64,000 nucleotides of DNA from Phoronis australis (taxonomy: Eukaryota > Animalia > Phoronida). Below the pieces are notes generated by a model. That model was given only the letters and a program-made list of their open reading frames with translations. It was not told where the DNA came from and did no database searches. This document shows positions 26,946 to 39,017 of this stretch, in pieces. Location of the stretch: assembly GCA_002633005.1 (NCBI GenBank), contig NMRA01000583.1, positions 146,753-210,752 on the forward strand, read 5' to 3'. The position numbers and the translations under genes are program-made. Numbering within the stretch: position 1 is the first letter of the stretch; each line of letters opens with the position of its first letter.

Positions 26946-27670
26946 CTGAAAAAAACACATTTAAATGCTGGGCGTCTAATTCACCTCTATATGTAACACC
27001 GTGACATTATGGGGATTCGTGGACGATGCGTTGGCGACAATTTTCGACGATTTCATGAACTGCAAAGTGTATTTACAACCGTACAAAACCGCACACTCTT
27101 ATAATTCATTTTCTGCTTGAATTTCGGTGTCCAAAATTTCGGAGGCCTTCCAAACTGGAGAATTCTTATCGTATATCAGAATACTAATTAATATCTGCGT
27201 GCCTCAAATTCACTTCAAATCTGCCCACAGGTTCCGATAGTGACATCCGTAACTGTGACGACTAGCGACTATGGAATGAAGGACATAGTTTGTAAAATTG
27301 CAGTTGGTACAAACAAGGAGGGAAGCGAGTCTCAAAGTAGTGGGGGAAACGATTTACCAATGCAACGCTAAAGTGCGTCATAAGGAGAGGGGGCATGTAG
27401 TCCAAGTTTGGTATCAGAAAGTTGGAGTCAGTGTAGGGCACAGGGCGCAGGAAGGTCACGGGGATGACTTTTGTTTGATGGACGACCTTGTGAAATAGTT
27501 TGAGTTAGACATCATAACCTTAATTGATTTTTTCCACTGCAATTAATCTTTAAAGCGGTGGGCTGGCATTGCGCAAGCAGTACTCTCTTTCACTGACAAA
27601 TAAGACCAACATAAAACTATAGCGAAAACATGAAGTGTAAGTGGAAAATAACATAAGTAACATGACATAC

Positions 27671-27791
27671 CACAAAGTCGACGTCGCCCGTACAACAGAT
27701 AGTCTGACAGATACAACATGGCCCTTGGATTGTGAACACGTCGTTTTCTGCAGCGTCCATCACATGGTACTTCGGGGCCCAGCCACTTTGT
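27671..27791 (-). CDS. PLSCR: Phospholipid scramblase, coding exon 6
   Basis: QSGWAPKYHVMDAAENDVFTIQGPCCICQTICCTGDVDFV, phase 2 to 0. Confidence 0.92.
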
Positions 27792-29184
27792 CTGTATTAC
27801 AAAATTACATTTTGTTCATTCCTTACTGGTTGTAACACGTCGCCAAATTTGAAGTCACGTTCTATTATGACCTCTTTTACATCCTTCCATGATAGTAACA
27901 AGCAACTGATGGAGCTTCAAGAGACCAATATACAATAAGATCTCTTAGACTGATCAGCGCCAAAACATTAATAAACTGTATTCTTTATATTACTGTTTTT
28001 GGTGTCTATAAACGTGTTAATTAGTGTTAGCAGAACACACGTGCACCTGGGGGGGTCGAACACGAGACAAAGACAGAAGTCCACTAGAAGCAGGAACTAC
28101 CAAAATTCAGCGAGTGCACAATCCATAGCTTTGAACGTACCCCGTTTTTTTGTTTTTTCTAGTAAAACTTCCAGATACTCAAAAATTCGAGTCTCCGGTT
28201 TTAGGCTGGGTACGTGCATGCAGAAACACTGAATGCTATTTATTTGTCGACCGAAAGGTTCAGAAATAAAAGATTTGAGACAGTATAACACACGAAGATA
28301 GCACCTAATTGAGCTCCATTCTATACACGTCATAGTCATGGAAATTTTACAGTACCAAAGCCGCTTAAAACAATGTTGAGGAATTTAAAAATAACTTTAT
28401 TCACAGACGACTTTGTTCCTCCAAACAAACATTACTGTATCTTTGTCTTTTTCTTGAAATGAAAATGGTTAATAAAACAGGACAAAACGCCTGGAGCTCC
28501 CAAAACGGACATAAAACATGGACGGCCTAGTAAGCAACAGCAGTGAACCCATTGGGAAGCAAAATGTACAGGTCAGTTATTTCACTTAAACATTTCTAAT
28601 CTAAGTAAACCACAACATTAGAGAGATTTTGTTATGGTAACAGGCGCAAATCGACAGTGGTTTTTGGTTGCAGGAGAGCGTGACCTTTTTATGTGAAGCC
28701 GTGACGCGGAAAAAAAAAAACCTGTCCACACGCTGGTGCCCTACCTAATCGTTTTTGGCATGTCAAATAGCCCAGACCAGAAACTGTGCAAGGTTTTTGA
28801 ACATTTTAGTTACAGGAGTTCACCTTAGTGATCATGAGTTATTTAAAAGAGCCCACTGCGCGAGATATTATATCAAGGCGCGATGCAATTGGGTAAAATT
28901 TCAAGCATATGTTTAGGGGAATTGGAAGGCGCTATTTTGTGCCAACGGTGTTGATTGATACAAGAGGCGAGGCAATAGCGCCCATAAGTATCAAAGTAAG
29001 AGCCTAGAGTGACCATTGGAATAAAATGATAGTCACGTTGCTGGCCTGTGGGGCCAGGGTTGTGCGATCGCAATATCATATTAAACTTAAAAGAACTTGA
29101 ATGGATAAACTATGTTCTGGAGACGTGTGTCAAAGGGTATTTATCAGGACAGATTGACAACTATGTATAGTGTTGAGTACTAAC

Positions 29185-29315
29185 GCCTGTCTCACATATC
29201 CAACGACTTGTCCAGGTGGGGCTTCAACTGTCACCATGTGGGCACAGCAGTCGGCGCTGGCGCACCAGCAGCAGCCGGCGCAGCATTTGAACTCTCTGCG
29301 GATAAGCATCACCTC
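29185..29315 (-). CDS. PLSCR: Phospholipid scramblase, coding exon 5
   Basis: EVMLIRREFKCCAGCCWCASADCCAHMVTVEAPPGQVVGYVRQ, with the Cys-rich palmitoylation loop and APPG motif. Confidence 0.93.
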
Positions 29316-31406
29316 CTGAAAAATGTCACTGATCAATAGTTTCGCGATTTTCTCTTGCCAGACGACAGACATACTAGAGGAGGGATTTGTTTCTTCAAAT
29401 ATCAGTAATCTTTTGACTAGCGATGAATTTTCTCATTACATGGATTTGTCATTTTCACTAACTTCAACACCTGCGAAGTCCATACATGTATATCCCGGCC
29501 ACAATTATGCGCAACGGATAATCAAGCTGGAGGCGCCCGGGATTTCATTTAGTTCAGCGATAATCTTTCAAACTGTGTTTCATGGCACAAACAGAGTTAA
29601 TCGAAATTTGCTAGAAAGATCATAAAAGGTGATAATGAACTCTGCCTACCAAAGGATATAACTGCTATCTGAAAAAGTACTCATTTTCAAGAACTAATGA
29701 TTCCACAAATGTGTAGAACCCAGAAAGTAAGCGAATTTGAGGTTCGAGTCATACTAAAATCGGTTCACTATGACTGTGTGTACATGTAAGCTTGTCAAAT
29801 GAAACTGAATCCAGTTACTTGACTGATAAGGAAAACAGTTGTGTTAAAGGCAACGCATTTTTTTTTAGCACAGATAAGGCCACACTCAATCGGACTGAAA
29901 TCTTTGTGTTTCTTATCTATGAACTTCGTAGCGAGGCTCACGTGCCCCGCGATATTAAACGATACTCAAGCGTGGCAATTCCCAAGTGTGATACACACTG
30001 AAAGTTAATACTGGTTCGTTCTTTCAGTTCCAACTCACTTTCAGTCTTCTTCGTACTATTTTCTGACAATAGGTGCAGTAAAAATGACCACTATGGTTAG
30101 AGAAAACGTCAGATAGAAAGGTAATGTTTCATCCAACTGGAAATTAAAAAATCCACCAAAGAACTTGATAGATATAAATGCATAGGCAAAGAAAACACAA
30201 ATCACCACTAGAGGACGCTACAGTAATCGGTATCGTTCCAATGTCAAAGTCAGTCGTACTCTCCTAAATTTACACTTATATATAACAAATTTCGTGAAAA
30301 TAGAAATTAAGACAGAGGGGAAATCAGCCACTAGGGGACGCCACAGTAGATGGCATCGTCCAAAAATGAACTTCAGCCATCCTCATGTCGAGTCAATGTG
30401 ACGAACAAATTTGTGAAATGTTGTGATACTTCAAGCGGTTAAGTCGATAGAGGTGGACGCAAAAATATATGTAAATATAATAAAATTAGGAGGCGCAGAT
30501 TTCTTTGAATCCGTCTGAATATGGGACGGTGTCACTGTCTTCACAACAGAAAACTTCTCACATCTTATGAAACTCCGCCGATAAAATGTGGACAAAGAGG
30601 CTATCGTAATTGCCAATAGGAAAACAGCGGTCCTAACATTTGCACGTGTCGTCCCATTCATGATATGAACATGTCAGTAAAAGAGAAGTAACAGACAGAC
30701 GGAAATGAACGCATATTTTGTACACCTATGTACAAAATAAATGGACGCATGACTCTGTGTCGTTCACGGGTGTACGATTATGGCTTCAATGGGTGAAACA
30801 AAGCAACCACTGCAACAATATGTATATGTGTATGAATATATAGATTATGGTCCAAGGCAGAGGGAGAGCTGCGAGCTAAATTGTCTGCACAAATGCTAAC
30901 ACCAGAACAATTGAATGAACTTAGTGTTTGTATTTTCACAAAATTGACATACATGTAAGCTGCCAGCTCAGCTTAAGTGAGGCAGGCAGACTGCTGGTAG
31001 CCATCGGTCTGTGCTGTCCCCAGTTTCAATGAAGTCCAACCAGCCGTGAAATTAGTTTCCAGTCGAGTTAGATTGGGCCACACGCGCTAATTACATGAGT
31101 GTGAACACTTATAAAACATTCAGTTCTTTTTGCATACTTGGCAGAAAGGAAGTAAAACGACTTAACCATGGCATGTGCTTCATCGCATGGTTCAGTGCCT
31201 GGATTGGTATAAGCGTATTTTTGTATACTCCAATGATGCATCTACGCCTCTGAAGTGACGAAAATTTTGTAAGGGCGCAGGAGTATGCTTTATTTAAGTC
31301 TGCCTCCGAAATAAGTGAAAACGACTCGAGGTTAAGAGATAAGACGTTATGTGACCAAAATTTTATTCATAAAAAGTTTCGACATTGACGAAGCACATGT
31401 ACTAAC

Positions 31407-31483
31407 CTGCTGCATGTTGTCAACGACATGAACTTCAAAGCCTCGCTGTGGACCACAGCACTGTCTCATGCACATATCCGTTT
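31407..31483 (-). CDS. PLSCR: Phospholipid scramblase, coding exon 4
   Basis: TDMCMRQCCGPQRGFEVHVVDNMQQ, phase 1 to 0. Confidence 0.92.
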
Positions 31484-32002
31484 CTATAAACAGAAAATTG
31501 ACAAATTATTCGAGCATTGTCCTAGATGACTTCAATTTTATGCAGAGAGGCACGTCCCAATGCATCTTCGGGAGATCACAATGGATTACTACCACGCAAA
31601 CGATAGTTGAAAATCCAAAAAGCAGACGTGTATTTGAGAGGTTGCAGTTTTTCTTGCAATATAGACACTCTTTTCTCTGATACTTGCCTACGTAAGGGTT
31701 TCCCGGATGTTTTTTGGTGAAATGTTTCACAATATTTAACACCAAGACAAGTGCCTCTGAGGTGGCTTCAATATGCACACGATTACTATTGTGCGTGAGT
31801 GCCAAAGAAGTGCTACAAATGCTTTTCCAAACTGTTTGCTTTTGTACACAAGCATATGAGTGCCTCGTGTTTCGTGAAAAACTGATCATTTTAACTAAGT
31901 GCACTTACTACAGCCGAACGAATAGACACACACTAAACTTTGTTTCTGTTTCACGCAACAGTCGGTATTGTGAACACGTCGTTTGGTTAAAGGATTACTT
32001 AC

Positions 32003-32080
32003 GCTCTGCAGCAAAGTACACTTGTTGGCCCATGGAGTTCTTGATGGCAAACCTGTTGTTCGTTTCCCAACCAGTAAAAG
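32003..32080 (-). CDS. PLSCR: Phospholipid scramblase, coding exon 3
   Basis: AFTGWETNNRFAIKNSMGQQVYFAAE, phase 1 to 1. Confidence 0.93.
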
Positions 32081-34352
32081 CTGTAAAAAATCCAGTAAAT
32101 CTCAGACGAAACAGCAGACTTATTATAGTTTGCGAAGGTTTTCCTAACTTGTGTGAAATTAAAAACCTGAACAATGGTTGCGCGTAACCAAGTGGAGTTT
32201 GAGTGGCTCGAACAAGCCCCCTTTTGGCGAAGAGGACAAAAACTCAGAGAAACAAAAAATCCGAAAAAATAAAAAAACGAGACCAAAGTCCACTAAAAAG
32301 GGAGGAACTACTTCGTAAATTTTGGTAAAAGGTCCACATGCTCTAAAATTCGGGTTCCCCAATTTTTTAGTATGTGTGCGCGCGCATGCGAAGTATTAGC
32401 ATGCGCCAGCAAATTTGCGGCATAAAGGCTATACCGAAAGCGTTATTTTATAGATTTCTTATCAAATTAGACAACGTCGGATTCAGTTCTGACTACATCT
32501 CGACAAAAGCTCGAGAGATGTTTATCGGAAACGCTATAACTTACTGAGCAAGGCCATTCACAAAGAAACAATTAGAAGCTAGTTTATTGTGACATGAGAA
32601 CGATTAAACTGCAGAATGTTTCAGGCGCGAAGCTCGTCACAGTTAGGTAGAGTCTGGAAGAGTGCTTTTCAGCCTATTTTGTATTGAAAATGATCGTCAA
32701 TTTAGCCACAAGAACGTCAATTTCAAAATGTAATTAGCGCCATCGTAACCATGCGGTATACATCTCTATTTTAACGTACGCGTATCAAAGCACAGGATCA
32801 CCTTATTAAAACCTTAGATTACCAACAGGGGAGCTTTTGTAGTCGACTTCATCAGAGAATCAACTGTCACTGGATTATTCCATTTGTCGAGTTTATCAAG
32901 TTCTTCTTGTCCCATTCGCTTTTACAACATTCGATAGACACGATTTATAGTGTGGAGACGGGGTTGATGCGGTGACAGCGTATGCTTGTAATTAACTTCT
33001 TTGTTAGGATTAATAAAACTCTGTCTATGGAAAGCCAAAGCGTAAAAACCCAGGACAAATATTTTCTGTGCAAGCTTTGAAAACAGGCCAAAACATTGAT
33101 TTTACTCTGCAGGACCAAAAATATATACCTCGAAACCAGACTTTTTGCTTACGCGATAAAGAATCCAAAACAATGTTTTCGCTCTGAAAGACAAAAAAAT
33201 CAAGACTAAAACCTACCAAGTCAAGACCAAAAATTTAGTACCTCAGTACCAAAAATTAATCGCGCCAGAAAATTTTCATGCCAGGAGACCATGCGATCAT
33301 CCACGGGCATTGACCCCTCAAAGTGATGACGTCGGCATTAGGTACACAAGGACTGAGCTTTCAACAACGTTTCGCCGACGACAGTCATACAATGGTGACA
33401 ATGCGGTATCTTTCATGCTTTATAAGCCAATGTACAATTGTACACATTAGACTTGGATACTGCTGAGTATATACAGAGACACCGCGGATCGTCACTGTCG
33501 GATCATGGTGGATGGTTACGTTGACTCTTTATTTGGCATGAACATCTTCTGTCCTGGCAATTTTCTTACCCGTCGTGTTAAATTTTTATCCCAGTAATAG
33601 GCCTTGGCGTGAAAAATGCCAGTTTTGCGTTGTTTTTTGGTCCTGCAGAGATTTTAATTATTGAATTATGTGTCGTGGAATGTTTTCCGCTTTAGCTTTC
33701 CTTATCTGTCAATTCATTTTGACAATAATCGACGGACTAAGAACGTCACTAACAGAAACGATCAACACGGGGTGCTTCATCAAAAGCCACTGGTGTCTTA
33801 AGTTTCACCAATGTGTTGGGCTGTTTTGGTGAAAAATTGACAGTCAACATATTTTGGCGAAAACCAAAGTTGTCAGCACGAGGGTGCCACGCTTGTCTAA
33901 TAAGGTCCTAATCAGCTAACACACCCATGCAGTGTTAAGTTACATCCAAACCCGTCATATCAATTCTTAAATATTGAGTTACGGACAATGAACATGTCAA
34001 AAATTGAATTAGTATACTGGAGGTGGACCGGTAGTCGAATCTGCCAGAGTAAGACACTGGTTTCCGAGATAACCATGGGACAAGCTAAAATGGTGACCCA
34101 GGGCAGGTGAACGAGATGATGTGGACCTCATGCAACCACGATTTTTGTGGGCGTACAATAAGCAAGATTCTGAGAAATACACGGTCCCAGGTCACCCAAC
34201 TTTCTTAGACAAGTCACGGATTGCTCACTTTTGGTAGACATCAGAGGAAATTTTATGATTAACACATCTTTGCATAGGTTTTCAGCTACGCCAGTAATTG
34301 TATTGATTTCTATAACTGACCAAGAACGGTAATCAATCCAGTGTAAGTTTAC

Positions 34353-34463
34353 CTTCGAACAACTCAACAACTTGGTGAACCAGTAACTGGTCAACTTGAG
34401 TGAGATATTCCAACCCGGGTGGACACCCTGGTGGACCCATGGGCTTCATCATCCATTGTTGAC
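34353..34463 (-). CDS. PLSCR: Phospholipid scramblase, coding exon 2
   Basis: QQWMMKPMGPPGCPPGLEYLTQVDQLLVHQVVELFE, containing the hallmark CPPGLEYL. Confidence 0.94.
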
Positions 34464-35046
34464 CTGGCAAGATAAACAAATGTAATGGAATCTCGGCTTA
34501 GTTATCTAATAGATAATACCAATCGTTAAGTAAAGTATGCTAAACCACACGATTGATAATGAGACTAACTAAACTGACCTAGGATAACTACTGAATTAAA
34601 TACTGTGCGACAGAGATAGACATATTAAGCAGGGGTTAAACGCAATGGTGCCACGGGAATCCAAGAGCACACTCCATGATGGTCAAAACTGTTTGCACTG
34701 AACAGAGGAGAGCATTTGCCCAAGTGTATCCCCGTGTACGACAACATGAAACTTTATGTGTGGATATTAGAAATCAGAAACTGTCCAGCATGTCAAATCA
34801 CTCATGTTGGTGAAAACAGGTGCGGCATGGCGATACAATCAAGTTACACGAGATGCCTTGGTCAGATTGTTTTTTGTTCTCGTTTGGTTTGATAAAGGAG
34901 TCATTCGAGTGACAAGTCAGCAGTATAAGTTAGCTCCCTCTTACGGAGACATGCTTCGAAGCAACTGCGACATGTATGTTTGGTCCAATTGTAAATCGGG
35001 TGATTTAACAAAAACGAATGAAGTATCCACCAAGGTATGTCCGTAC

Positions 35047-35098
35047 CTTGTCCTTGCGGCTGGCCCATAACCGCTCCTTCGGGGGGTGCTTGCTGCAT
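35047..35098 (-). CDS. PLSCR: Phospholipid scramblase, coding exon 1
   Basis: MQQAPPEGAVMGQPQGQ with an in-frame TGA just upstream. An acceptor at 35117 implies an earlier non-coding exon. Total CDS 771 nt (256 aa). Confidence 0.8.
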
Positions 35099-35845
35099 TG
35101 TAAATCAGCCTGTTCACCTGTCAAACGAAAAGAAAACAGCAGTATTTACTGAGCACCACTACGAACATCTCATTGACTGGAAGAACAACCCATTGTTTAC
35201 ATCGCATATATCGCAGATACAAGGGAAGATTACTATAACCCAAACATTCTACTAAAGGAAGCAATGCCAGTGGTGCTTAGCAAGTCAGCAATACTCATCT
35301 CACTAGGGATACACCTGTCAAGATCGTAAAAGTGAAACTGGATTTAAGGGACACAGCGGTGTAGTCCAAAAGTCGTTGACGTCATCGTCATGTTCACAAA
35401 AAATACACGTGCCAAATTTCCCAAACATCCTGCGGGAGGTTAGGATAAACACCTGCTGATAATAAAAAAGCAAAACTACCCGTATAGGGGACACCACAAT
35501 AGTAAAAAATCTTTGCCAGCCATTCTCTTTCCAATGAGAATATACACACCAATTTTCATTACGATTCCTAGAGTGGTTTGGCTGATGGCGAGATGGACGT
35601 CAAAAACAGACTCGAAAGTATTAAACATGGCCACTAGGAAGTGTATATACTATGTCAAACTGGCAGGCATCACCACCTCTTTTAATTGAAATCTGGTTGC
35701 CACATTTCATAAAAAACAAAAATAAAACTGCTACTAAGGGGCATAGCGGTAGTCGGATCTGTCCTAAAGTCGTCCTCGTCGTCCGTTTACCGAGTTCATA
35801 TAAATACACTTTCCACATTTGATGAAGATCTTGCAGAGGGTTTAA

Positions 35846-36585
35846 AGAGGCCTGGAACGCAAAAAACGGACTAAATTGCATTATTCAAAGAGTTTTTCTG
35901 CCACTGAAGAAGTCCAACCTATTCACAAGTTATCTTTACGGCTTGTTCGTAAAAATTTTGAATTTCTGTTGATGTGAAAGAATTTTTCTTTTAGTTTCAA
36001 ATTCCAAAAACGATTACTCCTCGTCACTTATTTGATTTTTCTGACACAAGGTAAAACACGTCACCCTATTTGGTTTGGCAAGCCATAGGCGTAGCAAATT
36101 TCCCTTATATGGAAAATATTACCTTTGACCTTTAATGAAAACAAAACAATGGTGATTTGCAGCCTGATAAGGGGACAGTTGATGTACGCCTTTACTGTTT
36201 AAAATTAGTCAGTTAGTAATATCGAAATATTAAAAATGCACTTTGAATTCTTTTTGGAGAATTGTTTGCTTCACTGGTTTGCTTGATACTGTGCTGTCGA
36301 CCTCAGATTCGGAGTGCGACCACACAATAATCTACCGTTAATGACCATCTTGTCAGTCAGCTGTTTGTAGAAAGACTGTGCTGGCATGCTCGAATGTATC
36401 ATAAGTGTGAGGGAGATTAGAAACTCTACTGTGACTACAGACTTTTTCATTCGCGCGTATTTTCAAAATTCGTGAATTTTGGGAAGTCTTCTGAAATTCC
36501 TTCACTATAGTAGACGATGTGAGATGGTCTTTTGCCAGGAATTGTTTGAAACATATTTTGACGAGCTTTCGCGTTCGATGCTTCA
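35846..36585 (-). mobile_element. Kolobok-like MITE, same family as 580-1340
   Basis: TTAA on both sides. Termini and interior match the reverse complement of 580-1340. Confidence 0.72.
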
Positions 36586-37428
36586 TTAAGAGATAGAGAC
36601 GTGGATGCAAAAACTGCCACTAGGAGGCACCACAGTAGTAGGAGATGTCCGGAAATCATCATAAGCCGTGCTCCTCACACTAGGACAATATGCCAAGATT
36701 CACCTTTAGAGTAATTTGTGCGATAAAAAGGCAGACGCCAAAACAGACTCGAAAACAATAACAATGGTCACTAAGGGGCTCGAATGCCCCCGAATCCATC
36801 CGAAAACGAGCAGGTAGCGTCATTTTACTATTATCTATCTATTTTCAAAAATTCGATGAATATCTATTAAGGAACTCAGAAGATACAGAGGTAAGCGTAA
36901 AAAAAAAAATTACTACTAGGCGCACACAGGCAGTCAGATCCGTCCACAAATACGTTCATCCCCTTCCACTAAGAAAGGATCAAAGTGGTAAATACATAAT
37001 TTCATGAACACTATAATCAAGGGTTTTGAATAGACCTCAACGGACGCCGGACTGACAGGGATGACGTCACAATGCTCCCAAACATTTCATGTATATGTAG
37101 GCGCGTAAAAACATTGTTTATGTCTGGACCCACAACTAAACACGATTATACNCATAATTAAAAGACACACGATATTTCGAAACATACTTGTTTCATTCTC
37201 AAGTGAAGATAAAATGACGCTGTAATGCCACCACAGAGTATAAGCTGACGGATACAGTAACTGACCCAGCGACATAATTAAAAGACACACGATATTTCGA
37301 AACATAGTTTACTTGTTTCATTCTCAAGTGAAGATAAAATGACGCTGTAATGCCACCACAGAGTGTAAGCTGACGAGTTCATATAAATACACTTTCCACA
37401 TTTAATGAAGATCCTGCAGAGGGTTTAA

Positions 37429-38163
37429 AGTGGCTTGGAACGCAAAGAACGGACTAAATTGCATTATTCAAAGAGGTTCTCTGCCACTGAAAGAGGCCAA
37501 CCTGTTCACAAGTTATCTTTACGGCTTGTTGGTAAAAATTTTGAATTTCTGATTATGTGAAAGAAATTTTCTTTTAGTTTCAAATTTCAAAAACGATTAC
37601 TCCTTGTCACTTATTTGATTTTTCTGACACAAGGTCAAACACGTCACCCTATTTGGTTTGGCAAGCCATAGGCGTAGCAAATTTCCTTTATATGGAAAAT
37701 ATTACCTTTGCTCTTTAATGCTAACAAAACAATGGTGACTTCCAGCCTGATAAGGGGACAGTTGATGTACGCCTGTTTAAAATTAGTCAGTTAGTAATAT
37801 CGAAATATTAAATATGCACTTCGAATTCTTTTTGTAGAATTGTTTGCTTCACTGGTTTGCTTGATACTGGGCTGTCGACCTCAGATTCGGAGTGCGACCA
37901 CACAATAATCTACCGTTAATGGCCATCTTGTCAGTCAGCTGTTTGTAGAAAGACTGTGCTGGTATGCTCGAATGTATCATAAGTGTGAGGGAGATTAGAA
38001 ACTCTACTGTGACTACATAGTTTTTCATTCGCGCGTATTTTCAAAATTCGTGAATTTTGGGAAGTCTTCTGAAATTCCTTCACTATAGTAGACGTTGTGA
38101 GATGGTCTTTTGCCAGGAATTGTTTGAAACATATTTTGACGAGCTTTGGCGTTCGATGCTTCA
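37429..38163 (-). mobile_element. Kolobok-like MITE, duplicated copy
   Basis: Duplicate of 35846-36585 inside the tandem duplication, TTAA flanks. Confidence 0.7.
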
Positions 38164-38899
38164 TTAAGAGATAGAGACGTCGATGGAAAAACTGCCACTA
38201 GGAGGCACCACAGTAGTAGGAGATGTCCGGAAATCATCATAAGCCGTGCTCCTCACACTAGGACAATATGCCAAGATTCACCTTTAGAGTAATTTGTGCG
38301 ATAAAAAGGCAGACGCCAAAACAGACTCGAAAACAATAACAATGGTCACTAAGGGGCTCGAATGCCCCCGAATCCATCCGAAAACGAGCAGGTAGCGTCA
38401 TTTTACTATTATCTATCTATTTTCAAAAATTCGATGAATATCTATTAAGGAACTCAGAAGATACAGAGGTAAGCGTAAAAAAAAAAATTACTACTAGGCG
38501 CACACAGGCAGTCAGATCCGTCCACAAATACGTTCATCCCCTTCCACTAAGAAAGGATCAAAGTGGTAAATACATAATTTCATGAACACTATAATCAAGG
38601 GTTTTGAATAGACCTCAACGGACGCCGGACTGACAGGGATGACGTCACAATGCTCCCAAACATTTCATGTATATGTAGGCGCGTAAAAACATTGTTTATG
38701 TCTGGACCCACAACTAAACACGATTATACACATGTACTCAAAAAAGTTGCATAAAATGAAAACGAAACAATTATTTAAAACACTGTAATATCGCTTTTAA
38801 TTAGAGATTACATTATGAACATTCAAATCTACAAAAAATTTGTCATAGTGTAATTGATACTGTTGTTTTGACGGGTATACCTATCTTTTTGATATGGTC

Positions 38900-39017
38900 A
38901 CGTGACACAATTATTGCAGATTGATATAAAGTCAAAAGTCAAATTCTACAAGCTTCTGCTTTCAGAAATCACACACTTTTACTGAATTAAAAATCTATTG
39001 TTCAGTAGATATACGGC
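38900..39017. repeat. Dispersed repeat fragment
   Basis: Aligns by eye with the reverse complement of ~305-425 and weakly with ~16065-16135 (shared ctttcagaaa core). Confidence 0.5.

Larger units (their letters stand above)
35792..38729. repeat. Tandem duplication of about 1.36 kb (35792-37151 and 37375-38729) with an N at 37152
   Basis: Both copies begin gagttcatataaatacactttcc and end cacgattatac. The spacer holds a further ~95-bp duplication. Confidence 0.9.

Noticed and set aside
32820-33400. Hammerhead ribozyme cores (CTGATGA / GAAAC on the minus strand)
   Set aside because: The core halves are not joined by a proper stem II and flanking helices.
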